DNA from: Thermoplasmatales archaeon
Lineage (GTDB): Archaea > Thermoplasmatota > Thermoplasmata > Thermoplasmatales > Thermoplasmataceae
Assembly (NCBI GenBank): GCA_027310185.1
Contig: DAIDBH010000017.1
Location: 192,001 to 256,000 of the forward strand
DNA length: 64,000 nucleotides
Direction: 5' to 3'
Shown here: piece by piece, positions 8,979 to 18,008 of the stretch
Layout of the letters: each line of letters begins with the position of its first letter
Position numbering within the stretch: the first letter of the stretch is position 1
Position numbers and translations under genes: made by a program
Notes under the pieces: generated by a model
The model's database searches: none
What the model saw: the letters and a program-made list of their open reading frames with translations, nothing else
Told to the model about the DNA's origin: nothing

Positions 8979-10430
8979 ATGGTAGATGGTAAAATTGTGC
9001 TATACGCGTCACATATATCCATTGAAGTTGTAAAGAGTGATGTACCGGATCTTGAAAATTCACGTACAAGAATACTTGATGACATATCTTTCAAACTTCA
9101 TGAAGGGGAATCCATGGGAATCATAGGCGAATCCGGAAGCGGCAAAACTGCACTTCTTGATATTCTGTTATCCCTCATAAAACCCACCTCAGGAGAGCTA
9201 TTCGTGGATGTAACTAAGGAGGCTGGAGAGGAGCTTGATGAGATTAACAGGAGAATTGAAAAGATAAATGAACTGTTCATCGAGAAATATGGCTATAATC
9301 CAGATGAGGAGGAAATTGAGGGAAATGATGAACTGGACCTCCTTACTGAGAGATACGAAGAACTATGCAAGGGACTCTCAGTATTCAGGATGAGCAGCAA
9401 GGATATTATTAAAAATCGTGGGTATATTCAACCGGTATTCCAGGACGTCTACTCAACTCTTGACCCGAAAAAGGTTGTTATGGATTCCCTGTCAGAGACA
9501 TTGAAGTATATCCAGCACCTCGATCGGGAGGAAATAGGGTACAGGTTGCAGAACCTGATGACTGAGATAGGAATTGATGAAAAGCTACTTTCTAAATATC
9601 CTGTTCACCTTAGCGAGAGCGAAATGCAGAAGGTTGCAATTATGAGGGCACTTTCTGTGAACCCAAGGATAGTTGTAATGGATGATCCGACAGCATATCT
9701 CGATGTTACAATGAAAATAAAGCTATTCAACCTCATAAACCAGAGAAGGTTGGAGAGTGGAACTTCCTTCCTCATAGCAAGTAGCAATCTAAGTTTCATC
9801 AGTAGCTTCACGCAGACTGTGGCAGTTTTATGCAGGGGCAGGATAGTGGAGATCGGTCCATCAATGGAAATTTTCTCCAATTCTTTTCACCCATACACAA
9901 AAGCTTTGATTTCATCCATTCCAAGTTCTGATCCGTCAATTAAGATTGAGGGTATAGCTCTGAGGAAACAGGACCCTGACTATGAACAGATACCAAAGGG
10001 ATGTGTTTTCCATACCAGATGCCCCAACGTTATGAGTAACTGTGGCTGGTCTGCAGAGGATATTGAGTCCGGTGTAAGAGAAATGATTGATGAATACAGG
10101 CTTGATGATCCAGCTTCCATACCTGAGATTGAAAATATAATTTCAGACGAAGGCGAAAACCTGATTGAGATTTCCTTCAGGGATGAGGAAAATTATGATC
10201 AGAACCTTGTGAGACGCAAAATTGAGGAACTTATTGAAATAAGAAAGCAGAAACCAGATGGAATCAGGTTTGGTGCAATTGATTTCATAGAGTTTGAGGC
10301 AGAGAATAATAATCTTGTCCTGCAGTTGGTGAAGCCTGCTGTACCAAAAATGATCGAGGTTTCAGAAGGACATCATGTTTCCTGCTACATGTATGATGTC
10401 AAGGAAGAAGAAAAAGAGTCACAGAACTGA
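8979..10430 (+). CDS. dppF: DppF/OppF-like ABC ATP-binding protein with insertions and degenerate motifs
   Basis: Walker A GESGSGKT, Q-loop VFQD, HPYTKAL and GCVFHTRC...HHVSC. The ATG at 8979 follows GGAGGT and the dppD stop. Confidence 0.85.
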   Translation: MVDGKIVLYASHISIEVVKSDVPDLENSRTRILDDISFKLHEGESMGIIGESGSGKTALLDILLSLIKPTSGELFVDVTKEAGEELDEINRRIEKINELFIEKYGYNPDEEEIEGNDELDLLTERYEELCKGLSVFRMSSKDIIKNRGYIQPVFQDVYSTLDPKKVVMDSLSETLKYIQHLDREEIGYRLQNLMTEIGIDEKLLSKYPVHLSESEMQKVAIMRALSVNPRIVVMDDPTAYLDVTMKIKLFNLINQRRLESGTSFLIASSNLSFISSFTQTVAVLCRGRIVEIGPSMEIFSNSFHPYTKALISSIPSSDPSIKIEGIALRKQDPDYEQIPKGCVFHTRCPNVMSNCGWSAEDIESGVREMIDEYRLDDPASIPEIENIISDEGENLIEISFRDEENYDQNLVRRKIEELIEIRKQKPDGIRFGAIDFIEFEAENNNLVLQLVKPAVPKMIEVSEGHHVSCYMYDVKEEEKESQN

Positions 10431-10486
10431 CATTATATTTGGAAAAAGTCTATACTGTATTATACTAATTTTTAATTCTGCTGTAT

Positions 10487-11386
10487 ATGCATGATCTCCT
10501 GTATATCATTCTTACAGAAATGCTGATGACACCATTCATCGTCTTTGTCGTACTTTACGTTTCTTCAAGGTTCAGCTCCATGACTGTAAGAAGCATTTCC
10601 CTTACACTCTTCCTGCTTTCTATGATGTCGGGAATGCTGAATTCACTAAATTATTATCTCCTTTTTCCTCACGGGTTCCTCAATCAGGTGATGGCCATCA
10701 ACATTTCAATGTTTGAGATGACCATTATTATTTCATATATTCTTGTTTCAGCTTTCAACGGGAATATTGGCAGGATGACCAGAACCCATGCAAAATGGAT
10801 AGGCATACTTGTTGGGTGGAATGAAGTCTCAATGGCTCTGTTCCTGTATTCACTTGCATATGGCTTTGGAACAAACGGGGAGCTGGTAAATACAATGAAT
10901 ATACTTGGTGCTGGAGTCACCAATTACCTTTTCACAATTCCCATGATTATAGAAATGGTATCTCTTCTGTTCCTGAAGATCCATAGTGGACTGACCCTGA
11001 GGATTTCCATTGGAATAATTGCAATGCAGGCCTCAGATCCTGGCCTATTCGGCGGCACCTATTCCATTCCGCTTATTATGGTATTTTCCATAGTGATGAT
11101 CGTTGTCCTCTATTATGTTCTCTCATATACATATAAGAACAGGAGGAACCTTGAAAACCAATGGAGAAAAATGCTGAATTATTTCATTTTTCTCATACTC
11201 CTTTCGTCCATCGGCCTTGTAATGAGTGCTGTAATTCCAGGACCATTTGGAGTTAAGTGGATCATTTTTGCACTTTCCATGGCATTCTCAATGGTATATT
11301 ATTTCCTTATATCCTTCAGGTTTTTTGACTCGAACACACCGGTAGCAATCAGGAGGAAATTTATTGAAAGTGAGAGTACAGATTGA
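10487..11386 (+). CDS. Uncharacterised polytopic membrane protein, paralogous to the N-terminal half of the adjacent 659-aa protein
   Basis: Roughly 8-9 hydrophobic segments; motifs LLSMMSGML, WNEVSM and FTIPMIIEM have counterparts in the neighbour. Confidence 0.8.
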   Translation: MHDLLYIILTEMLMTPFIVFVVLYVSSRFSSMTVRSISLTLFLLSMMSGMLNSLNYYLLFPHGFLNQVMAINISMFEMTIIISYILVSAFNGNIGRMTRTHAKWIGILVGWNEVSMALFLYSLAYGFGTNGELVNTMNILGAGVTNYLFTIPMIIEMVSLLFLKIHSGLTLRISIGIIAMQASDPGLFGGTYSIPLIMVFSIVMIVVLYYVLSYTYKNRRNLENQWRKMLNYFIFLILLSSIGLVMSAVIPGPFGVKWIIFALSMAFSMVYYFLISFRFFDSNTPVAIRRKFIESESTD

Positions 11387-11420
11387 TTGGGATGACTTAC
11401 AATAATGACCTGCCAGTGTT

Positions 11421-13391
11421 TCACTCTTTCTTCATTACCTTTTCCTTCAGGAAGTTCCTGACGTCGTAGAAGAATATATTTTCGTAAGGGCAAGCCTCAA
11501 CGCAATCCCCAACGCCAACACATCTTGAATTCTTGAACTGGCCTTCAGAGATGAAACTACCGGGCTGGGATGATAACCCAACTGGACATGCAAGGGCACA
11601 GTCCTTGGTCTTGCATGTAACGCACTGGCTAGGATCCTTGACCTTCAGTTTAAAAAGGCCATATTTTCCAACAAAGCGATTGAAGTTACCCCAGTGGCAG
11701 TAGCCGGTATTGATGCATCCGTAATTGCCAAAATATGGCATTGTAAGAAAAACAGCATACCACATTATATCAAAAATAATTATGTACATGAAAAATAAAG
11801 GATCCGTTCCGTAAATCTGGTAATTTATGTAATGGTAATGATATAAAAAGGAAAATAAGGCTGCGACTGCAAGGGATATATAGATTGTGAATGAAACTAT
11901 CCTGTACACAACATTCCTCTCTCCACCAGTGCTCAATTTTTTCGCGGTGGGAGTTGTCCTGTTGAATTTCTTCATCGAATCGTAAAAAGTGCCCTGATAC
12001 ATCAGTGGAGCTGTACAGAAAACAGAACATAATTGCCTTGCTCCAAAGAGAAGTGATAATGAACCGCTTATAACATAGGTGAGAAGCATTGGTATTATGA
12101 GTGCTGGTGCAAGACCTCCAGCCGTACCTATTCCCATTGACCACCCTATGAATGGGTATATCTGGGAATTTGTTACAAGGAAACTTGGGATAAGAATTGA
12201 ATAGATGCCATAGGCTACAATCATAAGTCCCAGCCTGATCCTGTTTTCAAGTTCCCTCGTCTTCATTATTTTGAAGACTACCAGTGAACCCATTTCAAAA
12301 CCCATCATTATGAGAAACCATGAGGAACCTGTGATGCCACCTACGAATACAACTGTATTATAGGAGAATTCTGTAATTACATTGAAGATATTTCCAGAAA
12401 AGACTGCAAGATGGAGGCTGTTTATGAAGAATGACGTCCCATAATATTGAAAATCAAAGGTTGCCCCCATTGCAAATTCCGCAATGAAAACATCCATGAG
12501 GAAGAAAGTTGACCACTTCCTATCTGCAAGCCAGTAAACTTTTCCCTTGCCGGAGAAATAATTCTTTCTTAGAATTGCATTGATATAAATGATCATTTCA
12601 AGAAGAAATGCAATTGATACAATCATTACTGTTGAATCATATTGAAAGACCATTACACCAATCATCATGATGCCATAAATCAGGAGTATCTGCAATAGAT
12701 ATCGTGAGAAATTCTTCCTGACATAATTTTCCCTGTAGAGGCTCTCGAAAACGAATATGAGAAGAGCGGTCATTACAGCACCTCCAGAGAACACTGAAAC
12801 ACTGACCCATATATTTCCAGGAACAGCAGTTGGTATGAAAAACATCACCACAGACTGGAACATTATGAAGATGAATGGCAACTTCTCCTCCTTTCTTATT
12901 GTGAAAATTGCAGTTAAGCCCATTTCAAGTGCCATTGGAAAGATGAACCAGAATGATGAAACTGTTCTGGAGATCAATTCTACATAATTTGTTCCATAAA
13001 CCATCAGTATTGTTTTTGATAGAATTATGGAATTGAAGTCAAGACTCATAAGAAATTCATCCAGTAATGTGAGGATGATTATGACCGGGATGCTTATCCT
13101 TATTTCAATATCTTCCTGTTCTATTGATCGTACAAAGAGGATCAGGGGATAGATGATCTCTATGGCCATAAATCCGGCTGAAATAACAACTGCATCCTCC
13201 AATGAAATTACGATAATTCCTGATAGATATATTGCAGGACCAAGCAACATTCCATTCATCATTGCCAGTAATATATATGTGATAATTCTTCTCAGGGGAT
13301 TTTCAGCAGTTCTAGACATATACAGAATATATGAGGTAAATATACCCATGAGAGTGGCAATAAGTCCCAGTAACCACATCTCATAGTTCAT
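11421..13391 (-). CDS. Polytopic membrane protein with C-terminal NapH/CcoG-like 4Fe-4S binding (polyferredoxin) domain
   Basis: Many TM segments; CSVFC, CINTGYC, CVTCKTKDCALACP and CVGVGDCVEACP. The ATG at 13391 lies ~28 nt downstream of a TATA-like CTTAAATA (track start is TTG 13400). Confidence 0.85.
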   Translation of the reverse strand: MNYEMWLLGLIATLMGIFTSYILYMSRTAENPLRRIITYILLAMMNGMLLGPAIYLSGIIVISLEDAVVISAGFMAIEIIYPLILFVRSIEQEDIEIRISIPVIIILTLLDEFLMSLDFNSIILSKTILMVYGTNYVELISRTVSSFWFIFPMALEMGLTAIFTIRKEEKLPFIFIMFQSVVMFFIPTAVPGNIWVSVSVFSGGAVMTALLIFVFESLYRENYVRKNFSRYLLQILLIYGIMMIGVMVFQYDSTVMIVSIAFLLEMIIYINAILRKNYFSGKGKVYWLADRKWSTFFLMDVFIAEFAMGATFDFQYYGTSFFINSLHLAVFSGNIFNVITEFSYNTVVFVGGITGSSWFLIMMGFEMGSLVVFKIMKTRELENRIRLGLMIVAYGIYSILIPSFLVTNSQIYPFIGWSMGIGTAGGLAPALIIPMLLTYVISGSLSLLFGARQLCSVFCTAPLMYQGTFYDSMKKFNRTTPTAKKLSTGGERNVVYRIVSFTIYISLAVAALFSFLYHYHYINYQIYGTDPLFFMYIIIFDIMWYAVFLTMPYFGNYGCINTGYCHWGNFNRFVGKYGLFKLKVKDPSQCVTCKTKDCALACPVGLSSQPGSFISEGQFKNSRCVGVGDCVEACPYENIFFYDVRNFLKEKVMKKE

Positions 13392-13441
13392 CAGAATCAA
13401 TGTAGTAGAAAACTTTGGTATTTAAGATATGCCAGAAAAAC

Positions 13442-14746
13442 TTAGAGAATGATAAAACTTTCCAGATATAGTGTCATCAATGTGATGAACAGGACAGGAA
13501 TGCCAACTATAAGACCCAGTTTCATATATTCAACTGTATTGATTTTGATCTTTGCCTTGCGATCTAGCATGTATAGCCATACCAGGGTTGCCAGAGAGCC
13601 AATTGGTGTGAACTTTGGCCCAATATCGTTACCAATTGCGTTTGTCAGTAGAATGATACCTGATATATGAAGGTGCTGCAATGTAAGATCGCCCAGCAAA
13701 ACAGATGGTAGATTATTCATTATGGAAGCTGTAAGTGCAAACATGAATCCTGTCATCACAAAATTCATACCGAATGGGAATGACTGGAAATATCCAACTG
13801 CCTTTGCCATGTAAAAAACCATTCCATTTGTTGCGAGTGCGTAAACTACTATATACATACCGAGAGAAAAGAGGATGATCTGCCATGGTGCTTCTTTTAC
13901 AGGTTTGACATAATCAATCTTTTTGCCTTTCCTGGCAAGAAGCAACATGAAAACTGCTGCAGGCATGGCCACTATCGAAACAGGAATGTTGTAAATTCCA
14001 CCCACTGAATAAAGTACCACGAGACTGATGATTACCGGGAAAAAAAGCTTAAAAATTACCGGGTCCTTGATATCTTCATTCCTGAACTCAATTTTTTCTG
14101 GAATTTTTGCAGGTATTGACTTTCTAAAATAAAGTGAGAGGAACAGGAGACTTGCAATTATGCTCACCAGATCAGGAATTATCATTATCTCCATATAGGG
14201 AAAGAAATCTATTCCAAAGTATGTGGCTGCTATAATATTTACAAGGTTGCTTACCAGAAGAGGTATGCTGGCGGAATCTGCTATGAAGCCAACTGCCATT
14301 ATATAGGCAAATATAGCTTTCTTATCGAGTCCGATCCTGTACAGAAGTGCCACTATCACAGGTGTTAACACAAGCGCAGTGCCATCATTGGCAAAAAAAG
14401 CGGATATAAAAGCACCCACAAGGATGACCAGTACGAATAGTCTTTTTCCGGACCCTCCTGAATAATTAAGGATCTTTGTCGCAAGATATTCAAAAACGCC
14501 AGCTTCATCGAATACCAGTGCAATTATCACAACAGATACAAAAGTCAGGGTTGCGTTCCAGACAATCGATACAACATTGTAGAAATCCACAAGTGTTGTG
14601 AAGCCTGCCAGAACTGTTATAATTGCTCCTATTGATGCAGAATATCCTATTCCAAGACCCTTTGGTTTGTATATCACCAGGAAAAGTGAAAATATGAATA
14701 TCGCGAGTGTTGCGATGAAAAAGTAATTATTCAAACGCCAGTTCAC
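13442..14746 (-). CDS. arsB: Arsenite efflux pump ArsB
   Basis: FFANDGTALVLTP, SNLVNI, APWQIILFSLGMY, MNNLP and IGPKFTPIGSLATL motifs. Confidence 0.95.
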   Translation of the reverse strand: MNWRLNNYFFIATLAIFIFSLFLVIYKPKGLGIGYSASIGAIITVLAGFTTLVDFYNVVSIVWNATLTFVSVVIIALVFDEAGVFEYLATKILNYSGGSGKRLFVLVILVGAFISAFFANDGTALVLTPVIVALLYRIGLDKKAIFAYIMAVGFIADSASIPLLVSNLVNIIAATYFGIDFFPYMEIMIIPDLVSIIASLLFLSLYFRKSIPAKIPEKIEFRNEDIKDPVIFKLFFPVIISLVVLYSVGGIYNIPVSIVAMPAAVFMLLLARKGKKIDYVKPVKEAPWQIILFSLGMYIVVYALATNGMVFYMAKAVGYFQSFPFGMNFVMTGFMFALTASIMNNLPSVLLGDLTLQHLHISGIILLTNAIGNDIGPKFTPIGSLATLVWLYMLDRKAKIKINTVEYMKLGLIVGIPVLFITLMTLYLESFIIL

Positions 14747-15125
14747 TTACCTTTCTTTCTATCTCATCCCTTATCTTCCTTACCTTCTCGATATCCTGGT
14801 TCTTTGGATCATCCAGTCCCCAGTCCACTACCTTCTTTTTCATGGCCCTGGCCAGTGGTGCCGGGCATGACTCCTCAACTGAGCAACCCATTATAACAAT
14901 CAAATCGGCATTGTCAATCATTTCCCTGGAGAGGACCCTTGGATTCCCTGTGTCAATTGGTACACCCTTTTCTTCCATAACTTTCATTACTACCGGATTG
15001 ACTTCCCCTGCTGGAACTGTACCTGCGCTTTCGCAGTTTAGTCCCATATTCTTACCAAAGGCCTCCGCCATCTTGCTTCTTCCCGCATTTTCAACACATA
15101 GAAATAGAATCTTATCATACTTCAT
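14727..15125 (-). CDS. arsC: Arsenate reductase, LMW-PTP (thioredoxin-type) fold
   Basis: CVENAGRS P-loop, two further Cys (MGC...ESCP) and DWGLDDP; lies within the ars operon. Confidence 0.9.
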   Translation of the reverse strand: MKYDKILFLCVENAGRSKMAEAFGKNMGLNCESAGTVPAGEVNPVVMKVMEEKGVPIDTGNPRVLSREMIDNADLIVIMGCSVEESCPAPLARAMKKKVVDWGLDDPKNQDIEKVRKIRDEIERKVSELAFE

Positions 15126-15459
15126 TTATCAGCATCTCCGGGTTAATATTGCTCAATGGCTTTGCGGTGTAATAAGACCACTTGCCTTCCTTTCTCCTGT
15201 TTATGAGTTTTGCATTGTATAGCTCCTTAATACACCCTGAGACGGTTGACTGTGGTATGCCTAGCAGATCAGAAATCTCACAGACACACAGTTCAGTTAT
15301 GGACAGGGTGTGATAGATTTCAATTCTTTTCATGTCTGAAAGTGCTTTAGCCCTTTTTTCCAGTTCCTGAAAATAACCATTGCTGTGGTTCTTCCTCAAA
15401 TTCACTTTAATCTTCGTTTTTGTTGCCATATCCATGGTTCTGCATTCTGATGCTGACAT
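15115..15459 (-). CDS. arsR: ArsR/SmtB family repressor
   Basis: KALSDMKR, ELCVCEI metal-binding box, QSTVS and RRKEGKW motifs. Confidence 0.92.
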   Translation of the reverse strand: MSASECRTMDMATKTKIKVNLRKNHSNGYFQELEKRAKALSDMKRIEIYHTLSITELCVCEISDLLGIPQSTVSGCIKELYNAKLINRRKEGKWSYYTAKPLSNINPEMLINEV

Positions 15460-15469
15460 AATACGTCAA

Positions 15470-15498
15470 ATCGGAATATGACAATCTGATATTTATAT
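15470..15498 (-). promoter_or_regulatory. Putative ars promoter: TATA box plus imperfect inverted repeat (candidate ArsR operator)
   Basis: ATATAAAT on the - strand at 15491-15498; ATCGGAAT-N5-AATCTGAT (6/8 pairs) at 15470-15490 lies between the TATA box and the arsR start. Confidence 0.35.
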
Positions 15499-15682
15499 GT
15501 GACCTGAAAATAGGTGAAAAGAGAAAAATCTTCACGACTGTATTATTTTGTTTGTAGTATAAGGATCATTGTTGAAAGATATAATTAATCAAACGGGTTG
15601 CGATGAAATGTTGGTAGGAGAGAATACCTATGGTTGATTATGTAAAGTTTATAGTGGTAAAAAATCCGAAAAGCTAGAAAAG

Positions 15683-15765
15683 CGCTGGGAGGGAGATTCG
15701 AACTCCCGAGCTACAGGAGCACAAGCTTTCCAGACTTGCGCCTTACCAGGCTAGGCTATCCCAGC
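15683..15765 (-). tRNA. tRNA-Ser (anticodon GGA)
   Basis: Reverse complement has acceptor stem GCTGGGA/TCCCAGC plus G discriminator, anticodon arm CAAGT-CTGGAAA-GCTTG, a long variable arm and a GTTCGAATC T-loop; CCA is not encoded. Confidence 0.96.
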
Positions 15766-15880
15766 TTGAACCTCAATTGTTTTAACATATTTATTACTTT
15801 AGAGAATTAAGACTGTGTATAGGATAACATATATGGTATTCTATTTATATATCCTGAGATTATGATATAATGGTGGTTAC

Positions 15881-16333
15881 ATGACACAATTAAAAATTAA
15901 AAAGATCCTGTGTGCAGTTGATTTTTCTGACGAATCAAAAAAAGCGCTGGAATTTGCTTATTCACTCTCTTCCCAGATTCCTGGGTGCGAACTAGTGGTT
16001 ATAAGCGTGATGAGACCTATACCAACCCCCATTGGAGATTTTACCGGGGCAAATGAGACACTAATAGATGATGATCAGGATAACCTGAAAGCGGTCAGTG
16101 AAAAACTCAACAACCTTGTGCATGATACCAAGGGAGACTGTATGGCAAAGATTACAGACAAGGCGGTACTCGGAAACCCTGTCGAGGAGATACTCAGGAA
16201 CATAAACGAAGAAAAACCGGACCTGGTTGTAATGGGGAACAGGAAACACGGATTCAGGAAAGGCATTTTTACTGGTTCAGTTTCAGAGAGGGTATCAGCG
16301 GATTCTCCTGTGTCTGTATTGATTGTAAGATAA
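15881..16333 (+). CDS. Universal stress protein (UspA family)
   Basis: KILCAVDFSDES, GNPVEEI, DLVVMG, GSVSERV and SVLIVR motifs. Confidence 0.93.
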   Translation: MTQLKIKKILCAVDFSDESKKALEFAYSLSSQIPGCELVVISVMRPIPTPIGDFTGANETLIDDDQDNLKAVSEKLNNLVHDTKGDCMAKITDKAVLGNPVEEILRNINEEKPDLVVMGNRKHGFRKGIFTGSVSERVSADSPVSVLIVR

Positions 16334-16590
16334 TCCCTTTCCCTTTTCCAATAATAAAAATATACATTTTGATCTATAATGATTGGTTAGATCGGTTTCT
16401 GGTTTTAGGGATGTTAAACATCATGCGTAATAGGGTAGTTTTTCAGTAATAAAAAGAATCCAGCATTGATTGAATATGGAGACCTATTTTCCTGCCTATG
16501 ACCTTAGGAATCTAATTAGTGAAATATCCATCTCCATAATCAAGATATAAGCTTTTGAAATGCTTTTAATTGAGTTTGCAATATCAATAT

Positions 16591-17955
16591 ATGTCAAGAA
16601 TAGAAAAGGATGTAATAGGTGACGTAAAGATTGAAGATGATGAATATTATGGAATAAACACGTTCCGGGCCAGGAACAACTTCCAGATTTCCGGGATCGT
16701 TGAGGACAGAGACCACATTAAGGCAATGACTATTGTGAAGAGATCCGCCGCAATTGCCAACAACAAGCTTAAGGCTCTCCCTGACGACAAGAAGGAGTAT
16801 ATTGTAAAGGCAGCTGATGAAGTCCTCAAGGGAAAATATGACACGCAGTTTGTAATTGACGTTTATCAGGCCGGAGCTGGAACTTCGTTCAACATGAATG
16901 CAAATGAAGTGATCGCAAATGTTGCACTTGAATTGTGGGGAAAGAAAAAGGGAGAATACCAGTATCTCCATCCAAATGATCATGTTAACATGAGTCAATC
17001 AACAAATGATTCCTATCCGACTATGATGAGGATCAGCGCCATAATGAAGGCGGAAAGATATGTAGAAGAAATCAGGAATCTTATAAAGTCAATGGAGAAG
17101 AAGGCTGAGCAATTTAAAAATAGCAAGAAGCCAGGAAGGACACATCTTCAGGATGCTGCACCTGTTACGCTTGGAATGGAATTTTCTGCATATGCCTACA
17201 CTTTGAAGAAAAACCTGAAGGATTTCGAGAACTCAATGGATTTCATTCTTGAACTCAACATCGGCGGTACAGCAACGGGTACAGGGATAAATACACCAAA
17301 GGGATACAAGGAGGAGATTGTTAAGGAAATTTCTAGTTTTACTGGATTTAACTTCAGGACAAGTGATAATCTGCCAGGGATAATGGAATTCCAGTCAGAT
17401 TTTGCAAGGATGATGAATGCAATTGCAGTCAACGCACTCGATATAAACAAAATGGCAAATGACATAAGATTGATGTATTCTGGACCTGGAGCTGGGCTCC
17501 ACGAGATATTTATTCCGGCGGTGCAGCAGGGATCCTCAATCATGCCAGGGAAGATAAACCCTTCAATAGCAGAGGCAATGAACATGATATGCCATTCAAC
17601 CATAGGAGCCCAGCAGGCACTGAACATGTCAGTCCAGGCAGGACAGCTTGAACTTAATGTGATGATGCCAAACATTGATTATGAACTATCAAGGTCCCTT
17701 GAGATCATGACGAACGGAATGAAGATGTTCAGGACATTGTTGATTGATGGTATAAACGTGAATGAAGAAGCATGCAATGAACATCTCTCAAAGAGCTTCG
17801 GATCAGCAGCACTGTTGAACCCCGTTCTCGGGTACGATACAGTGGCAAAGGTGGTGAAGGAGGCACTTGATACACACAGATCAATAAAGGAAATAGCACT
17901 TAAAACTGGAAAGATAACTGAGGAACAGTATACAAAGATAATGACAGGAAAGTGA
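16591..17955 (+). CDS. Aspartate ammonia-lyase / class II fumarate hydratase family protein (motifs closer to aspartase)
   Basis: QAGAGTSFNMNANEV, QSTNDSYPT, GRTHLQDA and GSSIMPGKINP motifs; the substrate cannot be resolved by eye. Confidence 0.9.
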   Translation: MSRIEKDVIGDVKIEDDEYYGINTFRARNNFQISGIVEDRDHIKAMTIVKRSAAIANNKLKALPDDKKEYIVKAADEVLKGKYDTQFVIDVYQAGAGTSFNMNANEVIANVALELWGKKKGEYQYLHPNDHVNMSQSTNDSYPTMMRISAIMKAERYVEEIRNLIKSMEKKAEQFKNSKKPGRTHLQDAAPVTLGMEFSAYAYTLKKNLKDFENSMDFILELNIGGTATGTGINTPKGYKEEIVKEISSFTGFNFRTSDNLPGIMEFQSDFARMMNAIAVNALDINKMANDIRLMYSGPGAGLHEIFIPAVQQGSSIMPGKINPSIAEAMNMICHSTIGAQQALNMSVQAGQLELNVMMPNIDYELSRSLEIMTNGMKMFRTLLIDGINVNEEACNEHLSKSFGSAALLNPVLGYDTVAKVVKEALDTHRSIKEIALKTGKITEEQYTKIMTGK

Positions 17956-18008
17956 TTCGAAAGCACAAAAATGGCAATCCATCACTTCATGTAAATAATG
18001 AAGTTACC

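Noticed and set aside
11421-14746. Polyferredoxin gene as a fourth member of the ars operon
   Set aside because: A T-run follows arsB and a separate TATA-like CTTAAATA lies ~28 nt before the ATG, suggesting independent transcription
15683-15765. tRNA-Ser as an integration site
   Set aside because: No duplicated tRNA 3' end and no integrase were seen in the window
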